Shown here piece after piece: positions 9,409 to 18,668 of a DNA stretch of 45,964 nt. Origin of the DNA: an uncultured Candidatus Saccharibacteria bacterium (GTDB lineage Bacteria > Patescibacteriota > Saccharimonadia > Saccharimonadales > Saccharimonadaceae); the NCBI GenBank assembly GCA_938042055.1, contig CALIRX010000007.1, positions 1 to 45,964 of the forward strand, in the 5' to 3' direction. Under the pieces are notes generated by a model. It was given only the letters and a program-made list of their open reading frames with translations, was not told the origin of the DNA and did not search any database. Numbering within the stretch: the stretch's first letter is position 1; each line of letters opens with the position of its first letter. The position numbers and the translations under genes are program-made.

Positions 9409-10502
9409 CTCTTAAGCGGCATAATAATGTGCGTATAATCAGGATTTTTTACCTGCTCGCGAATTACGCACGGCGACAATTTGCCATTGAACGAAAATAC
9501 AATTTCATCCGCGTCAATAATATTCAAAACCTCCGTTAGGTAGCGTGAATTAAGCGTTACTTGACCGTCTGCGGATATTTTGGCTGTTGCCTCTGATGTG
9601 TTCTCGCCAAGCTCAGACGCAATCGAATGAATAGAAAGTAGGGAATTTTCCTCTGATGCGGTAATTGTAATTCCACCACCAGATTCACGCGCGAATAACG
9701 CCGCAATTTTCGTAACTCGACTAAAATCAGACTTCTTAATAACAATCTCAGTTTTAGCGGTTGCCGGAATTAATTGGCGATAATCAGGGAATTTCCCGTC
9801 AATTAATCGGCTAACAATTTCCATATCTCCCGTCTTAAAACAAACTTGAGAATCGTCAAAAAGAACCGTAATTTTCTTCTCATCGCCGACGCTCTTACTG
9901 ACCTCCGCCAGAGTAGAAGCGGGAATAATGGCTGACACTTCATTATCTGACTTTATTAGACGCTTTTCTGCCAGCCTGTAGCCATCAGTAGCGGCTAAGT
10001 ATAGCGATCCTTCATAATTATGCCAATAAACTCCCGTAAGAACTGCTCGCGTGACGTCAGAGCTGACAGCCAACTTCGTTTGGACTATGGCTTTCTTAAG
10101 ATCCTCAACGTCAATTTCATATTGTATAGCGGTTTTTTCATCAATTGTAGGCAGCTCAGGATATTCATCAGCCACCACGCCATTGATAACTGATGAGAAT
10201 TTTCCTGAAGTTATATGCAAATGTTCGTTTTTAGTTTCAAGTTCCACCGGGCCGCTTGGTAGGTTTGTGATGAACTCTGATACCAATCGAGCAGGGATTG
10301 TAATAGATCCATGATCTTCAATTTTCGCACCAATGTATTGAGTAGAAGCAATTTCCAAATTTGTTCCAGCAATCAATAATCTTCCTCCATCAGTGCGAAG
10401 TAAAATATTATTCAATATTGGCAGTTCATTACGACTTGATGCGATATCTTTGATTAGATTAAGTGCTTTTGCAAGTTTTTCTTGGGTGACTGATACTTTC
10501 AT
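9405..10502 (-). CDS. dnaN: DNA polymerase III beta sliding clamp
   Basis: LPILNNILL, ATDGYRLA, SRLIDGKFPDY and IIMPL motifs; downstream of dnaA. Confidence 0.98.
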   Translation of the reverse strand: MKVSVTQEKLAKALNLIKDIASSRNELPILNNILLRTDGGRLLIAGTNLEIASTQYIGAKIEDHGSITIPARLVSEFITNLPSGPVELETKNEHLHITSGKFSSVINGVVADEYPELPTIDEKTAIQYEIDVEDLKKAIVQTKLAVSSDVTRAVLTGVYWHNYEGSLYLAATDGYRLAEKRLIKSDNEVSAIIPASTLAEVSKSVGDEKKITVLFDDSQVCFKTGDMEIVSRLIDGKFPDYRQLIPATAKTEIVIKKSDFSRVTKIAALFARESGGGITITASEENSLLSIHSIASELGENTSEATAKISADGQVTLNSRYLTEVLNIIDADEIVFSFNGKLSPCVIREQVKNPDYTHIIMPLKS

Positions 10503-10747
10503 TATACTTTCCTTAATTTTTAATTAGTCTTAATAGTAATAGGTGCTGTGGAAACTGGGTAAAAAATGTGTTCAAACAGGGGTAGAGTGGCGATAAAATA
10601 GGTGGAAAACTCTGTGTGCTATTTGTGGACTTTATAGTGGATATTTGTGTATTATTCCACTGTCTGCTGACTTGTCGTTTTCTTTCCACAGATCTGTGTG
10701 TTGGTAAGTCACCGCAAAAACACAACATCTGCACAGCTTTTCCACAA
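10503..10747. other. oriC: Replication origin oriC, unwinding sub-origin between dnaA and dnaN
   Basis: DnaA-box-like 9-mers at 10547-10555, 10556-10564, 10601-10609, 10682-10690 and 10738-10746 (TTTTCCACA); TAATAGTAATAG trios at 10531-10542 next to an AT-rich tract. Confidence 0.88.
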
Positions 10748-12103
10748 TTAATGAACATATAATTTATCCTTAATGTCGTTAATTTGCTCGCGAATACTGA
10801 CGTTGGTAAGACTTTCCTTAGTAATTTTTTCAATTGAATGCATAGCGGTTGTGTGGTCTTTTCGTCCAAGTTCTTGGGCAATTTTCGGAAAACTCATTTT
10901 CAGCTCACTACGTAGAAGAAACATCGCAATTTGCCTTGGCATGGCTATAAATTTATCTCGCCTGGATGAGCACATATCTTTTACATCAATATTATAATAG
11001 CGCGCCGTTTTATCAATTATTTGTTTGGCGGTTATATGTTGCGGTCTATTACGTTTAATATCTCCCAAAATTCCTTCAGCCGCCGCTAAATCAGGAGTGA
11101 AATTCTGCATTTCCGCATAAGCAAGCAGTCGATTCAAAGCACCTTCCAGCTCGCGAATGTTCGTCTTAAAGTTGGTCGCTAGATATTCTACGACATCGGA
11201 ATCTAGCTCAGTGTTGCTGAGTTCGGCTTTTGCTTTAACGATAGCGCAGCGAGTTTCATAATCGGGCATCTGAATATCAATTGCCATACCCCACTCAAAT
11301 CGACTACGCAAACGATCGGTTAGAGTAGGAATACTCTTCGGCGGTTTATCTGAGCTAATAATGATTTGTTTATTGTTTTGATGAAGATCGTTAAATGTAT
11401 GGAAAAATTCGTCCTGAGTTTTTTCTTTTCCAGCGATAAATTGCATATCATCGACAATCAATACATCGACATTGCGATATTTATCAGAAAAACCTTTTTT
11501 CTTAAATCGAATAGAATCTAGAAACTCATTAACGAACGTTTCCGTAGTAATATAAAGCACTCGCGCTGAAGATTGTTTTTTAACTATCTCATTACCAACA
11601 GCTTGCATTAAGTGAGTTTTACCAAGTCCAGAGCCTCCGTAAAGATAGAGCGGATTATATTTTTCTCCTGGATGTGCGGCTACCGCTTGGCAGGCAGCAT
11701 AGGCCAAATCGTTACTTGAGCCAACGATGAAGTTGTCAAAGGTATATCTGGGGTTAAGATTACTAGAATGAGATTTCCTCGATGGTAGAATCAGCGGCTT
11801 CGCTGTTTCTTGTTGTCCACTTTTATCAACTTCACGATTAACGCGCGGTTTTTTATTGCTAGATTCGACGTTATAAGAAATGGACGGGGCGTTAATGCCG
11901 TTGTGAGCCAAGGCCTCTAATATTTGCGGGTGAAATCGCTTTTCAAGTTGAGTCCTAGCAAAAATATTCGGCGCAATTATGAGAACTTCTTTGTCGGAAA
12001 TTATTTCCAATTTGGTATTTTTGAACCACGCAGTAAACGACGAAGACGATACAGTTACTTCAATCTCACCTAAAACACCCTGCCAAACCGCATGACTATC
12101 CAC
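10748..12103 (-). CDS. dnaA: Chromosomal replication initiator DnaA
   Basis: YNPLYLYGGSGLGKTHL, VDDMQF, RLRSRF, NIRELEGAL, KDHTT; GTG start with SD GAGGGAG. Confidence 0.99.
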   Translation of the reverse strand: MDSHAVWQGVLGEIEVTVSSSSFTAWFKNTKLEIISDKEVLIIAPNIFARTQLEKRFHPQILEALAHNGINAPSISYNVESSNKKPRVNREVDKSGQQETAKPLILPSRKSHSSNLNPRYTFDNFIVGSSNDLAYAACQAVAAHPGEKYNPLYLYGGSGLGKTHLMQAVGNEIVKKQSSARVLYITTETFVNEFLDSIRFKKKGFSDKYRNVDVLIVDDMQFIAGKEKTQDEFFHTFNDLHQNNKQIIISSDKPPKSIPTLTDRLRSRFEWGMAIDIQMPDYETRCAIVKAKAELSNTELDSDVVEYLATNFKTNIRELEGALNRLLAYAEMQNFTPDLAAAEGILGDIKRNRPQHITAKQIIDKTARYYNIDVKDMCSSRRDKFIAMPRQIAMFLLRSELKMSFPKIAQELGRKDHTTAMHSIEKITKESLTNVSIREQINDIKDKLYVH

Positions 12104-12154
12104 GAAAATTACTCCCTCAAATCCTGTTAACTATCTTTACTATAGCAAATAAGG

Positions 12155-12275
12155 GGAGTTTTCCACAAGTATAAACGGAGTAGAAAGGTTACTATTCAAA
12201 ACAGGGGTGGAGTTTTCCACAATTAAAATTCTCATCTGTTAAAACTGTGGAAAAATATGCGTCGATAGTGGAAAA
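12155..12275. promoter_or_regulatory. DnaA-box cluster upstream of dnaA (second half of a bipartite oriC / dnaA autoregulation)
   Basis: TTTTCCACA at 12159-12167 and 12213-12221 (both inside a GGAGTTTTCCACAA repeat), TGTGGAAAA 12246-12254, AGTGGAAAA 12267-12275. Confidence 0.85.
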
Positions 12276-12287
12276 GTCATTGTCGAC

Positions 12288-12316
12288 TTGCAAAAAGTAC
12301 TGAAAGAATATATACT
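12288..12316 (+). promoter_or_regulatory. Sigma70-type promoter of rpmH
   Basis: TTGCAA-17 nt-TATACT, 10 nt before ATG 12327. Confidence 0.75.
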
Positions 12317-12326
12317 ATTTGTTGAT

Positions 12327-12464
12327 ATGCCAAAGCGAACATTTCAACCACACACCCGACACCGTGCAAAGACGCATGGTTTTAGGGCACGAGTTTCTAC
12401 CAAGGCTGGTAGGATGGTTTTGAAGCGCCGCCGCCTAAAGGGCCGCGCTAAAATTGCTATTTAA
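12327..12464 (+). CDS. rpmH: 50S ribosomal protein L34 (absent from the ORF track)
   Basis: Manual translation [45 protein letters not shown]; canonical position divergent from dnaA. Confidence 0.97.
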   Translation: MPKRTFQPHTRHRAKTHGFRARVSTKAGRMVLKRRRLKGRAKIAI

Positions 12465-12480
12465 TTGATAGCTAAAAATT

Positions 12481-12507
12481 ATCCCGTCGATGAAGGCGGG
12501 ATTTTTT
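12481..12507 (+). terminator. Intrinsic terminator after rpmH
   Basis: ATCCCGTC-GATGAA-GGCGGGAT hairpin (one G-U pair) followed by a T run. Confidence 0.7.
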
Positions 12508-12523
12508 GATATAATTGTAAAAT

Positions 12524-12871
12524 ATGTTACAACAATGTAATCGGTTTCATGGTCATGGCAGTCTTAAGTTCGTCTATAAAAATGGGCAAGCGGTTCGTTC
12601 GTCTATAGCCACGATAAAATACGTGAAGAACCCATATCGAAGTCATAGCAGATTTGCGGTTGTTGTTAGTAAAAAAGTTCTAAAATCAGCAGTACGTCGG
12701 AATCGTATACGTCGACGTGTTTATGAAATTATTCGCCTGGAGCTGCCTAATATGAAAAATGACCAAGATGTGGCTGTTATTATATTTTCGGCGGAAGTTT
12801 TATCGATGCCACATAAAGATCTAAAACAGACAATAAAGAATCTTTTCTCTCAAGCTCAACTGTATAAATAG
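12524..12871 (+). CDS. rnpA: Ribonuclease P protein component
   Basis: RFAVVVSKKVLKSAVRRNRIRR (RNR motif); synteny with rpmH and yidC; TGATATAAT 8 nt upstream. Confidence 0.95.
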   Translation: MLQQCNRFHGHGSLKFVYKNGQAVRSSIATIKYVKNPYRSHSRFAVVVSKKVLKSAVRRNRIRRRVYEIIRLELPNMKNDQDVAVIIFSAEVLSMPHKDLKQTIKNLFSQAQLYK

Positions 12872-12895
12872 GCGCTTTTTTGCTATAATTAAGAC

Positions 12896-13816
12896 ATGAG
12901 TTTTTTTGATGAGTTTATTGTTCGACCGATTTTAAATTTACTAATGGCTATTTATAGTCTGATTCCGGATTTTGGTGTTAGTGTCATTATCTTTACGATT
13001 ATTGTAAGGCTTTTACTTTGGCCGCTAATTAAGAAGCAGCTTCATCAGGCAAAGGCGATGCGTAAAATGCAGCCAGAGTTGGTGAAGATCAAAAAACAGT
13101 ACGCAAAAAATCCACAAATGCGTAACTTAGCGATGGTGGAACTTTATAAAAAACACAACGTCAGTGCCTTTGGCTCAATTGGTGTTATGATTATTCAGTT
13201 GCCGATTTTGATTGCGATGTATCGAGTGGTGCAGATTTTCGTTTCTAGCCGCGCCGACTTAGGAAAATATGTTTATGATTTTATGAAAAATCTGCCGGTT
13301 GCTAATAATCTAGTAAATAATCCAGATCAATTTAATCAGAATTTCCTGGGAATTATAGATTTGACGCAACACGCGATATCAAAGAATGGTATTGTTTTTG
13401 GCTTGGTTATTTTGGCGGCAGTTGCGGCATATTTGCAATATTTAACTTCAAAACAATTGTCACCCCAATCTGACAGCAATCGTAAATTGCGAGATATTCT
13501 AGCTGAGGCTGGTGATGGAAAAGAGGCAGATCAGGCGGAAGTGAATGCTATTATGACGCGAAAAATGATGAAATTTATGCCAGTAATGATGTTCTTCGTG
13601 ATTGTGTATTTGCCGGCGGCTTTGGCGCTTTATTTGACGACAGCTAGTGCCGTGGGATATCTCCAGAACTATATCATCTTCAAGCAAGACTCTAAAGAAA
13701 TGCAAGAAATTGCAGATAAAAAATCATCCCAAAAATCTAAAGCATCGACAAAAATCGACAAACGTGTTAAAAAGGCTACAGAGGCCAGGATAACTCGGAT
13801 CAAGGCTAAGGATTAA
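12896..13816 (+). CDS. yidC: YidC/Oxa1 membrane protein insertase, short form
   Basis: FGVSVIIFTIIVRLLLWPL, MQPEL, IQLPIL, PAALALY; TGCTATAAT 6 nt upstream. Confidence 0.95.
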   Translation: MSFFDEFIVRPILNLLMAIYSLIPDFGVSVIIFTIIVRLLLWPLIKKQLHQAKAMRKMQPELVKIKKQYAKNPQMRNLAMVELYKKHNVSAFGSIGVMIIQLPILIAMYRVVQIFVSSRADLGKYVYDFMKNLPVANNLVNNPDQFNQNFLGIIDLTQHAISKNGIVFGLVILAAVAAYLQYLTSKQLSPQSDSNRKLRDILAEAGDGKEADQAEVNAIMTRKMMKFMPVMMFFVIVYLPAALALYLTTASAVGYLQNYIIFKQDSKEMQEIADKKSSQKSKASTKIDKRVKKATEARITRIKAKD

Positions 13817-13825
13817 GGAGGATTT

Positions 13826-14287
13826 ATGGACCAAATTGAAACGGTTGAATTTGTAAAAAAATATTTAGAGGATTTACTAACATTCTTTGACTTGAATCTG
13901 GAAGTTTCAGTAAAAATCGAAGATGGAATTGTTGTAGCTTCAATTCCGCATAGCGAGCGAAGCAGTATTTTAATCGGTAGAAATGCGGAAACATTGCGTA
14001 GTATTCAGAATCTTTTGTCGACAGCGCTTCATCATAAAGAAGCGTCAACTGTTCGAGTTAATTTGGATATTGCGGACTATAAAAAGCAGCATGCTGAAAA
14101 AATTGCCGAAAAGGCGCGCGGCTGGATTGAGGAAGTTCGACGAACTGGTGAGTCAAAGGTAGTGGACTTGAATGCTGCTGATCGCTGGACAGTGCATCAC
14201 TTGGCTGGTGAATATAGCGATATTGATACGCATTCTGAAGGTGAAGGTCGCGAACGACGGCTGATTATTAGTCAGAAGAGTTCTTAG
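13826..14287 (+). CDS. jag: Jag/EloR/KhpB-like RNA-binding protein with KH and R3H domains only
   Basis: LIGRNAETLRSIQ (KH), DRWTVH...THSEGEGRER (R3H); follows yidC; lacks the N-terminal Jag domain. Confidence 0.88.
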   Translation: MDQIETVEFVKKYLEDLLTFFDLNLEVSVKIEDGIVVASIPHSERSSILIGRNAETLRSIQNLLSTALHHKEASTVRVNLDIADYKKQHAEKIAEKARGWIEEVRRTGESKVVDLNAADRWTVHHLAGEYSDIDTHSEGEGRERRLIISQKSS

Positions 14288-14702
14288 TGTCTTTAAAGAC
14301 TATTCTGGAGTACAGAACGTAATTCCAAACGAGGCTGACTACTGTGGCGGTTAATTTGCTAATTAATAGGGCAAGTGATTTATTTAATCCGAAGTTTATG
14401 AATATCGGCGTGATAATAGCGATAATAATTGTCTGAATTACCCATAAGCCAAATAGTGTAACTGCGACGAATAAAAGAAATTGTTTTTTCAAGTTTTGGG
14501 ATGTTGACTTGAAAGTATATTTTTTATTTGCAAAAAACGAGAACAAAAAGGCAACGAATGTTGATATAAAATTAGCAAACTCTTTTGGGATATTTAAGAA
14601 GATTGTTAAGCTAAAAAGTATGCCAAAGTCTAGTATTGTATTAGTACTGCCAACGATAAGAAATCTTAATTTATCGGCGTGTTTTTTTAATATCTCCTGC
14701 AT
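14268..14702 (-). CDS. GtrA-family flippase-like membrane protein
   Basis: LRFLIVGSTNTILDF, FSFFANKKYTF, WNYVLYSRIVF; four TMs. Confidence 0.9.
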   Translation of the reverse strand: MQEILKKHADKLRFLIVGSTNTILDFGILFSLTIFLNIPKEFANFISTFVAFLFSFFANKKYTFKSTSQNLKKQFLLFVAVTLFGLWVIQTIIIAIITPIFINFGLNKSLALLISKLTATVVSLVWNYVLYSRIVFKDTKNSSD

Positions 14703-15621
14703 GGTATTCCTCTATTAAATATAATGGTCTGTTTTTCGTCTCAATAAATATTCGCCCTACATATTCACCAATTATGCCCAGAGACAGTAACTGAACTCCT
14801 CCGAGAAACAGGATGACTGCCATTAGCGAGGAATATCCAGCGCCAGTAGAAACTCCGAACAAAGGGCGAACTAAAAGATATATAATCCAAATGAAAGCAA
14901 TAAACGAAATAATGAATCCAAAAATAGTTGCCATTCGTAGCGGCGCGGTAGTAAAGCTGGTAATTCCGTCGATTGCTAAGTTGAGTAGTTTTTGGTAATT
15001 CCACTTGGTTTGACCAGCCAATCTGGGGTCGCGATTATAAAATATCTCTTTTTTCTTATATCCAATCCAGCTGAAAATCGCTTTTGTATTGCGCTGAGAT
15101 TCGCGGAATTTTTGCAAAGCCTCAATGCATCGGCGATCCAGCAAGCGAAAATCTCCAGTGTCGACCTGAATAGGAATGTTGGTCGATTTCTGCAGTATTC
15201 TGTAATACCATTGGCTGGTTTTTTTCTTCAGCCAGGTTTCGCCTTGTCGATTGTTGCGGCGAGCATAGACGTCATCGTAACCATCTTCCCAATACGAAAT
15301 CATTTCCTGGATGATCTCTGGCGGGTCTTGTAAATCTGCATCAATAATCACCAGAGCGTCACTTTTTACGTGGTCAATTCCAGCTATCATGGCAATTTCC
15401 TTACCGAAGTTTCGCGATAGATTTATATAGCTAATTCGAGAATCTTTTTTCGATTGCTCGGCTATGATTGAAAAAGATTTATCGGTGCTGCCGTCATTTA
15501 TGAAGAGAAATTCGAATTGATAATTGGGTGTGTTTTTTGTAAATTCGTCCAAGCGCTTAAATAATTGTGGTAAAACAGATTCTTCGTTGTAGACAGGAAT
15601 GAGAAGGGTGATGGTTTTCAT
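14671..15621 (-). CDS. GtrB/CsbB-like GT2 undecaprenyl-phosphate glycosyltransferase
   Basis: IPVYNEE, NDGSTD, LSRNFGKE, DADLQDPP, GDFRLLDR, two C-terminal TMs, GEYVGRIF..RPLY. Confidence 0.92.
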   Translation of the reverse strand: MKTITLLIPVYNEESVLPQLFKRLDEFTKNTPNYQFEFLFINDGSTDKSFSIIAEQSKKDSRISYINLSRNFGKEIAMIAGIDHVKSDALVIIDADLQDPPEIIQEMISYWEDGYDDVYARRNNRQGETWLKKKTSQWYYRILQKSTNIPIQVDTGDFRLLDRRCIEALQKFRESQRNTKAIFSWIGYKKKEIFYNRDPRLAGQTKWNYQKLLNLAIDGITSFTTAPLRMATIFGFIISFIAFIWIIYLLVRPLFGVSTGAGYSSLMAVILFLGGVQLLSLGIIGEYVGRIFIETKNRPLYLIEEYHAGDIKKTRR

Positions 15622-15634
15622 AGTATTAAATATA

Positions 15635-16648
15635 TTATTTTATTCTGAAAAAATGCTTAAATTTTAATAATCCAGTTTGATTTGGTAGTGGTCCATCGTG
15701 AATAATATTGCGAATATAGTCGACGGAAACCTTACGATTTTTTTGGATATGAAGACGTTTTTTATAAGCTGCTGGTTTGTGAATAATTGATACTAAAGTG
15801 CCCTTGAATGCAGGCCAACCGCTGCCGTGGCGAATTGCGCTGGCAAAAATCAACCAATATGTCAGTAAAAATCGTATACCAATACACCAAAATAGCTTAC
15901 CCGGAACGTTTTTAATGAAGACTAACGGCAAGTTTTTAAAAGTATTGTAGACAGCTAATCCGGGAACTTTTTTACTACTAGCGCCAACTTTATGATAAGC
16001 GATAGCCTTGGGCGTGAAGCGAACTTTCCAGCCGGCTAATTGTGCTCGGAAGCTTAAGTCGACATCCTCATAATACATGAAGAAATCTTCATCAAATATA
16101 TCTATATCATCAAAGATTTTTGCACGATAAATAGCTCCGCCGCCAGTCGCACCAAATACTTCTCCAGGCTTAGTTGGTGCGTTTTTTATGGGCTCGTCAC
16201 GGTTTCTTGGTCCAGGAAGTCCCCACGTTGTGTAAAAATCTCCAGTTGTGTCAAGAGTTTTGCTGTTGCGTCTTTGTAAAATTCCAGTCGCAATTCCGCA
16301 TTCTGGGTATTTTGATAATTGATAAACGAGAGCTTCACACCAGTTTCTATTAGCTATCGCATCCGGATTAAGTACTCCAATATATTCAAAGTCGTTTTTT
16401 AGGGCGTAGATTAATCCTGTATTAATTCCTCCCGCAAATCCTAGATTGTCTGAATTTTTGAGCAAAATAATCTTTTCTTTTTTATGCGATGATATATATT
16501 CTTCAAATACAGCAACAGAATTGTCACTACTATTATTATCTACTATAACAATAGTAGGTTTTAAGGTTTGTTCTATTAATGAATCAACACACTCTATGGC
16601 GTCGTCGGATCCGTTCCAATTAAGAACTATAATTGCAAGTCTATTCAT
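15635..16648 (-). CDS. GT2 glycosyltransferase (WbbL/rhamnosyltransferase-like)
   Basis: IVLNWNG, VDNNSSD, NLGFAGG, LNPDA, FDEDFFMYYEDVDLSFR. Confidence 0.88.
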   Translation of the reverse strand: MNRLAIIVLNWNGSDDAIECVDSLIEQTLKPTIVIVDNNSSDNSVAVFEEYISSHKKEKIILLKNSDNLGFAGGINTGLIYALKNDFEYIGVLNPDAIANRNWCEALVYQLSKYPECGIATGILQRRNSKTLDTTGDFYTTWGLPGPRNRDEPIKNAPTKPGEVFGATGGGAIYRAKIFDDIDIFDEDFFMYYEDVDLSFRAQLAGWKVRFTPKAIAYHKVGASSKKVPGLAVYNTFKNLPLVFIKNVPGKLFWCIGIRFLLTYWLIFASAIRHGSGWPAFKGTLVSIIHKPAAYKKRLHIQKNRKVSVDYIRNIIHDGPLPNQTGLLKFKHFFRIK

Positions 16649-16686
16649 AATGTTCTTTTTGTATTGTATAATAGGTGATATATATT

Positions 16687-17496
16687 ATGAAGTGGTTAGA
16701 GGTTTTCAATAGAAAAAATAGGATTCTCCTAAGAGAGTTAGTTATTACGGATTTTAAATTGAGATATCAGGGCTCTGCTCTCGGATATGTATGGAGTGTT
16801 CTTAAGCCGCTTTTTCTATTTTCGATATTGTATGTAGTTTTTGATAAATTTTTAGGAGTAGGAAGGAATATAGAACATTTTCCAGTGTATTTATTGCTGG
16901 GGATAATTTTATGGAACTTCTTCGTAGAAGCAACTAATCAAGGTTTAAACTCTATAGTAGGTCGAGGTGACCTACTCAGAAAGATTAATTTTCCTAAATA
17001 TATTGTTGTAATTTCTGGCACTGTATCCTCATTGATAAATTTGCTATTTAATATGATAGTGGTGCTCTTATTTGTGTTAGTAAATGGAGTCCAGTTATCA
17101 TGGATGTCACTATTAATCGTACCACTAATAATTGAACTGTATATATTTGCTTTAGGAGTGGCTTTTTTCTTGTCTGCTCTTAATGTTAAGTCGCGAGATA
17201 CTGGATATCTATGGGAGGTATTTACTCAGGCTGCATTTTACGCCACCCCTGTTATTTATCCAATGCAGATGGTTTCACAGAAGAGTAATTTTGCTGTTGA
17301 TCTGTTATTTCTTAATCCTGTTGCACAAATTATTCAAGATAGTAGATATGTGCTTATAACTAAAGATACGATGATTATGTGGAATAGATTAAGCCCGCTA
17401 ATGATGTCTGTGCCGTTTTTAGCTATAGCTATAGTGGTTCTATTTGCGGTTTGGTATTTTAAGAAGCAGTCAAAGACATTTGCGGAGGATATTTAG
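16687..17496 (+). CDS. wzm: Polysaccharide ABC transporter permease (Wzm/RgpC-like)
   Basis: DFKLRYQGSALGYVWSVLKPL, FYATPVIYP, LNPVAQIIQD; ATG 16687 preferred. Confidence 0.92.
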   Translation: MKWLEVFNRKNRILLRELVITDFKLRYQGSALGYVWSVLKPLFLFSILYVVFDKFLGVGRNIEHFPVYLLLGIILWNFFVEATNQGLNSIVGRGDLLRKINFPKYIVVISGTVSSLINLLFNMIVVLLFVLVNGVQLSWMSLLIVPLIIELYIFALGVAFFLSALNVKSRDTGYLWEVFTQAAFYATPVIYPMQMVSQKSNFAVDLLFLNPVAQIIQDSRYVLITKDTMIMWNRLSPLMMSVPFLAIAIVVLFAVWYFKKQSKTFAEDI

Positions 17497-17501
17497 GATA
17501 T

Positions 17502-18662
17502 ATGAAGGACGTAGCTATAGAAGTTAACTCTCTTACTAAGACTTTTAAGATACCAACAGAGTCTAGTAACGGGATTAAACAGAAGACTATTAATTATATT
17601 AAAGGCAAAAAAGGCTACAGGGAATTTACGCCATTAAAAAATATATCTTTTGATATTAAAAAGGGTGAATTTTTTGGAATAGTGGGTAAAAATGGTTCAG
17701 GTAAGAGTACTCTATTGAAGTCTATAGCTCAAATCTATTCTCCGACGAAGGGCTCAGTGCGAGTAAATGGATCTCTTGTCCCGTTTATCGAGTTGGGTGT
17801 TGGTTTTAACCCAGAATTAACAGGTAGAGAAAATGTATTTTTAAACGGAGCTTTACTGGGATTTAGCCATAAAGAGATGGAGCTGATGTATGATGATATT
17901 GTTGAATTCTCTGAGTTGGCAGATTTTATGGAAGAGAAGCTTAAGAATTACTCATCAGGGATGCAGGTGAGGTTAGCTTTCTCTGTAGCCATTAAAGCTC
18001 GTGGCGATATTTTAATGCTTGATGAAGTGCTGGCTGTCGGGGACGCGGCTTTTCAGCAGAAGTGTTTTGATTATTTTGAAAAAGTTAAACGTAGTAATCA
18101 GACTGTGGTTTTTGTGACGCATGATATGAACGCCGTGCGCAGATTTTGCTCGAGAGCTATGTATATAGAAAATGGAACGATAAAACATATTGGATCACCT
18201 CAGGAAATTGCCGATATATATACGGAGGTTAATATGGATGCGGTTACTAGTGTAGAAGAAGAGTCTCATGACAATTCAGTTAGCATGTCTGTTGATATAC
18301 CTAGTAAAAAAAATTTTACACAAGAAGACTCGATTGATATTGGCGTGACTGTAGACGGTATTGCTGAAGATGTTTTTGTGAATATATCCTTTGTGTACGG
18401 AGGGTTTGTATTTGCTGATCGCAACTGTAGAGACACTCCTAGTGACTTTATACAAAACAATAGGAGGATTAATTTCAATCAGAGTTTGGATGGCTTTAAT
18501 CCTGGCAAATATGATATTCATATGTCATTGCACCGCAGGGCTGATGATGGCATAATTAAACATTTGCCACGAGCATTTTCGTTTATTATTACAGGTAAGG
18601 ATGATTTTCGTGATGGTCCAATGAGAATAATGGGAAAGTGGAGTGTAAAGAAGAGGGGATAA
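17502..18662 (+). CDS. wzt: Polysaccharide ABC transporter ATPase with C-terminal carbohydrate-binding-type extension (Wzt/RgpD-like)
   Basis: GKNGSGKST, YSSGMQVRLAF, DEVLAVGDAAF. Confidence 0.93.
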   Translation: MKDVAIEVNSLTKTFKIPTESSNGIKQKTINYIKGKKGYREFTPLKNISFDIKKGEFFGIVGKNGSGKSTLLKSIAQIYSPTKGSVRVNGSLVPFIELGVGFNPELTGRENVFLNGALLGFSHKEMELMYDDIVEFSELADFMEEKLKNYSSGMQVRLAFSVAIKARGDILMLDEVLAVGDAAFQQKCFDYFEKVKRSNQTVVFVTHDMNAVRRFCSRAMYIENGTIKHIGSPQEIADIYTEVNMDAVTSVEEESHDNSVSMSVDIPSKKNFTQEDSIDIGVTVDGIAEDVFVNISFVYGGFVFADRNCRDTPSDFIQNNRRINFNQSLDGFNPGKYDIHMSLHRRADDGIIKHLPRAFSFIITGKDDFRDGPMRIMGKWSVKKRG

Positions 18663-18668
18663 AATCAG

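Noticed and set aside
10513..10881. 122-aa minus-strand ORF between dnaA and dnaN
   Set aside because: It overlaps the dnaA 3' end and runs through the DnaA-box and trio array; it has no protein-like features and is best explained as oriC.
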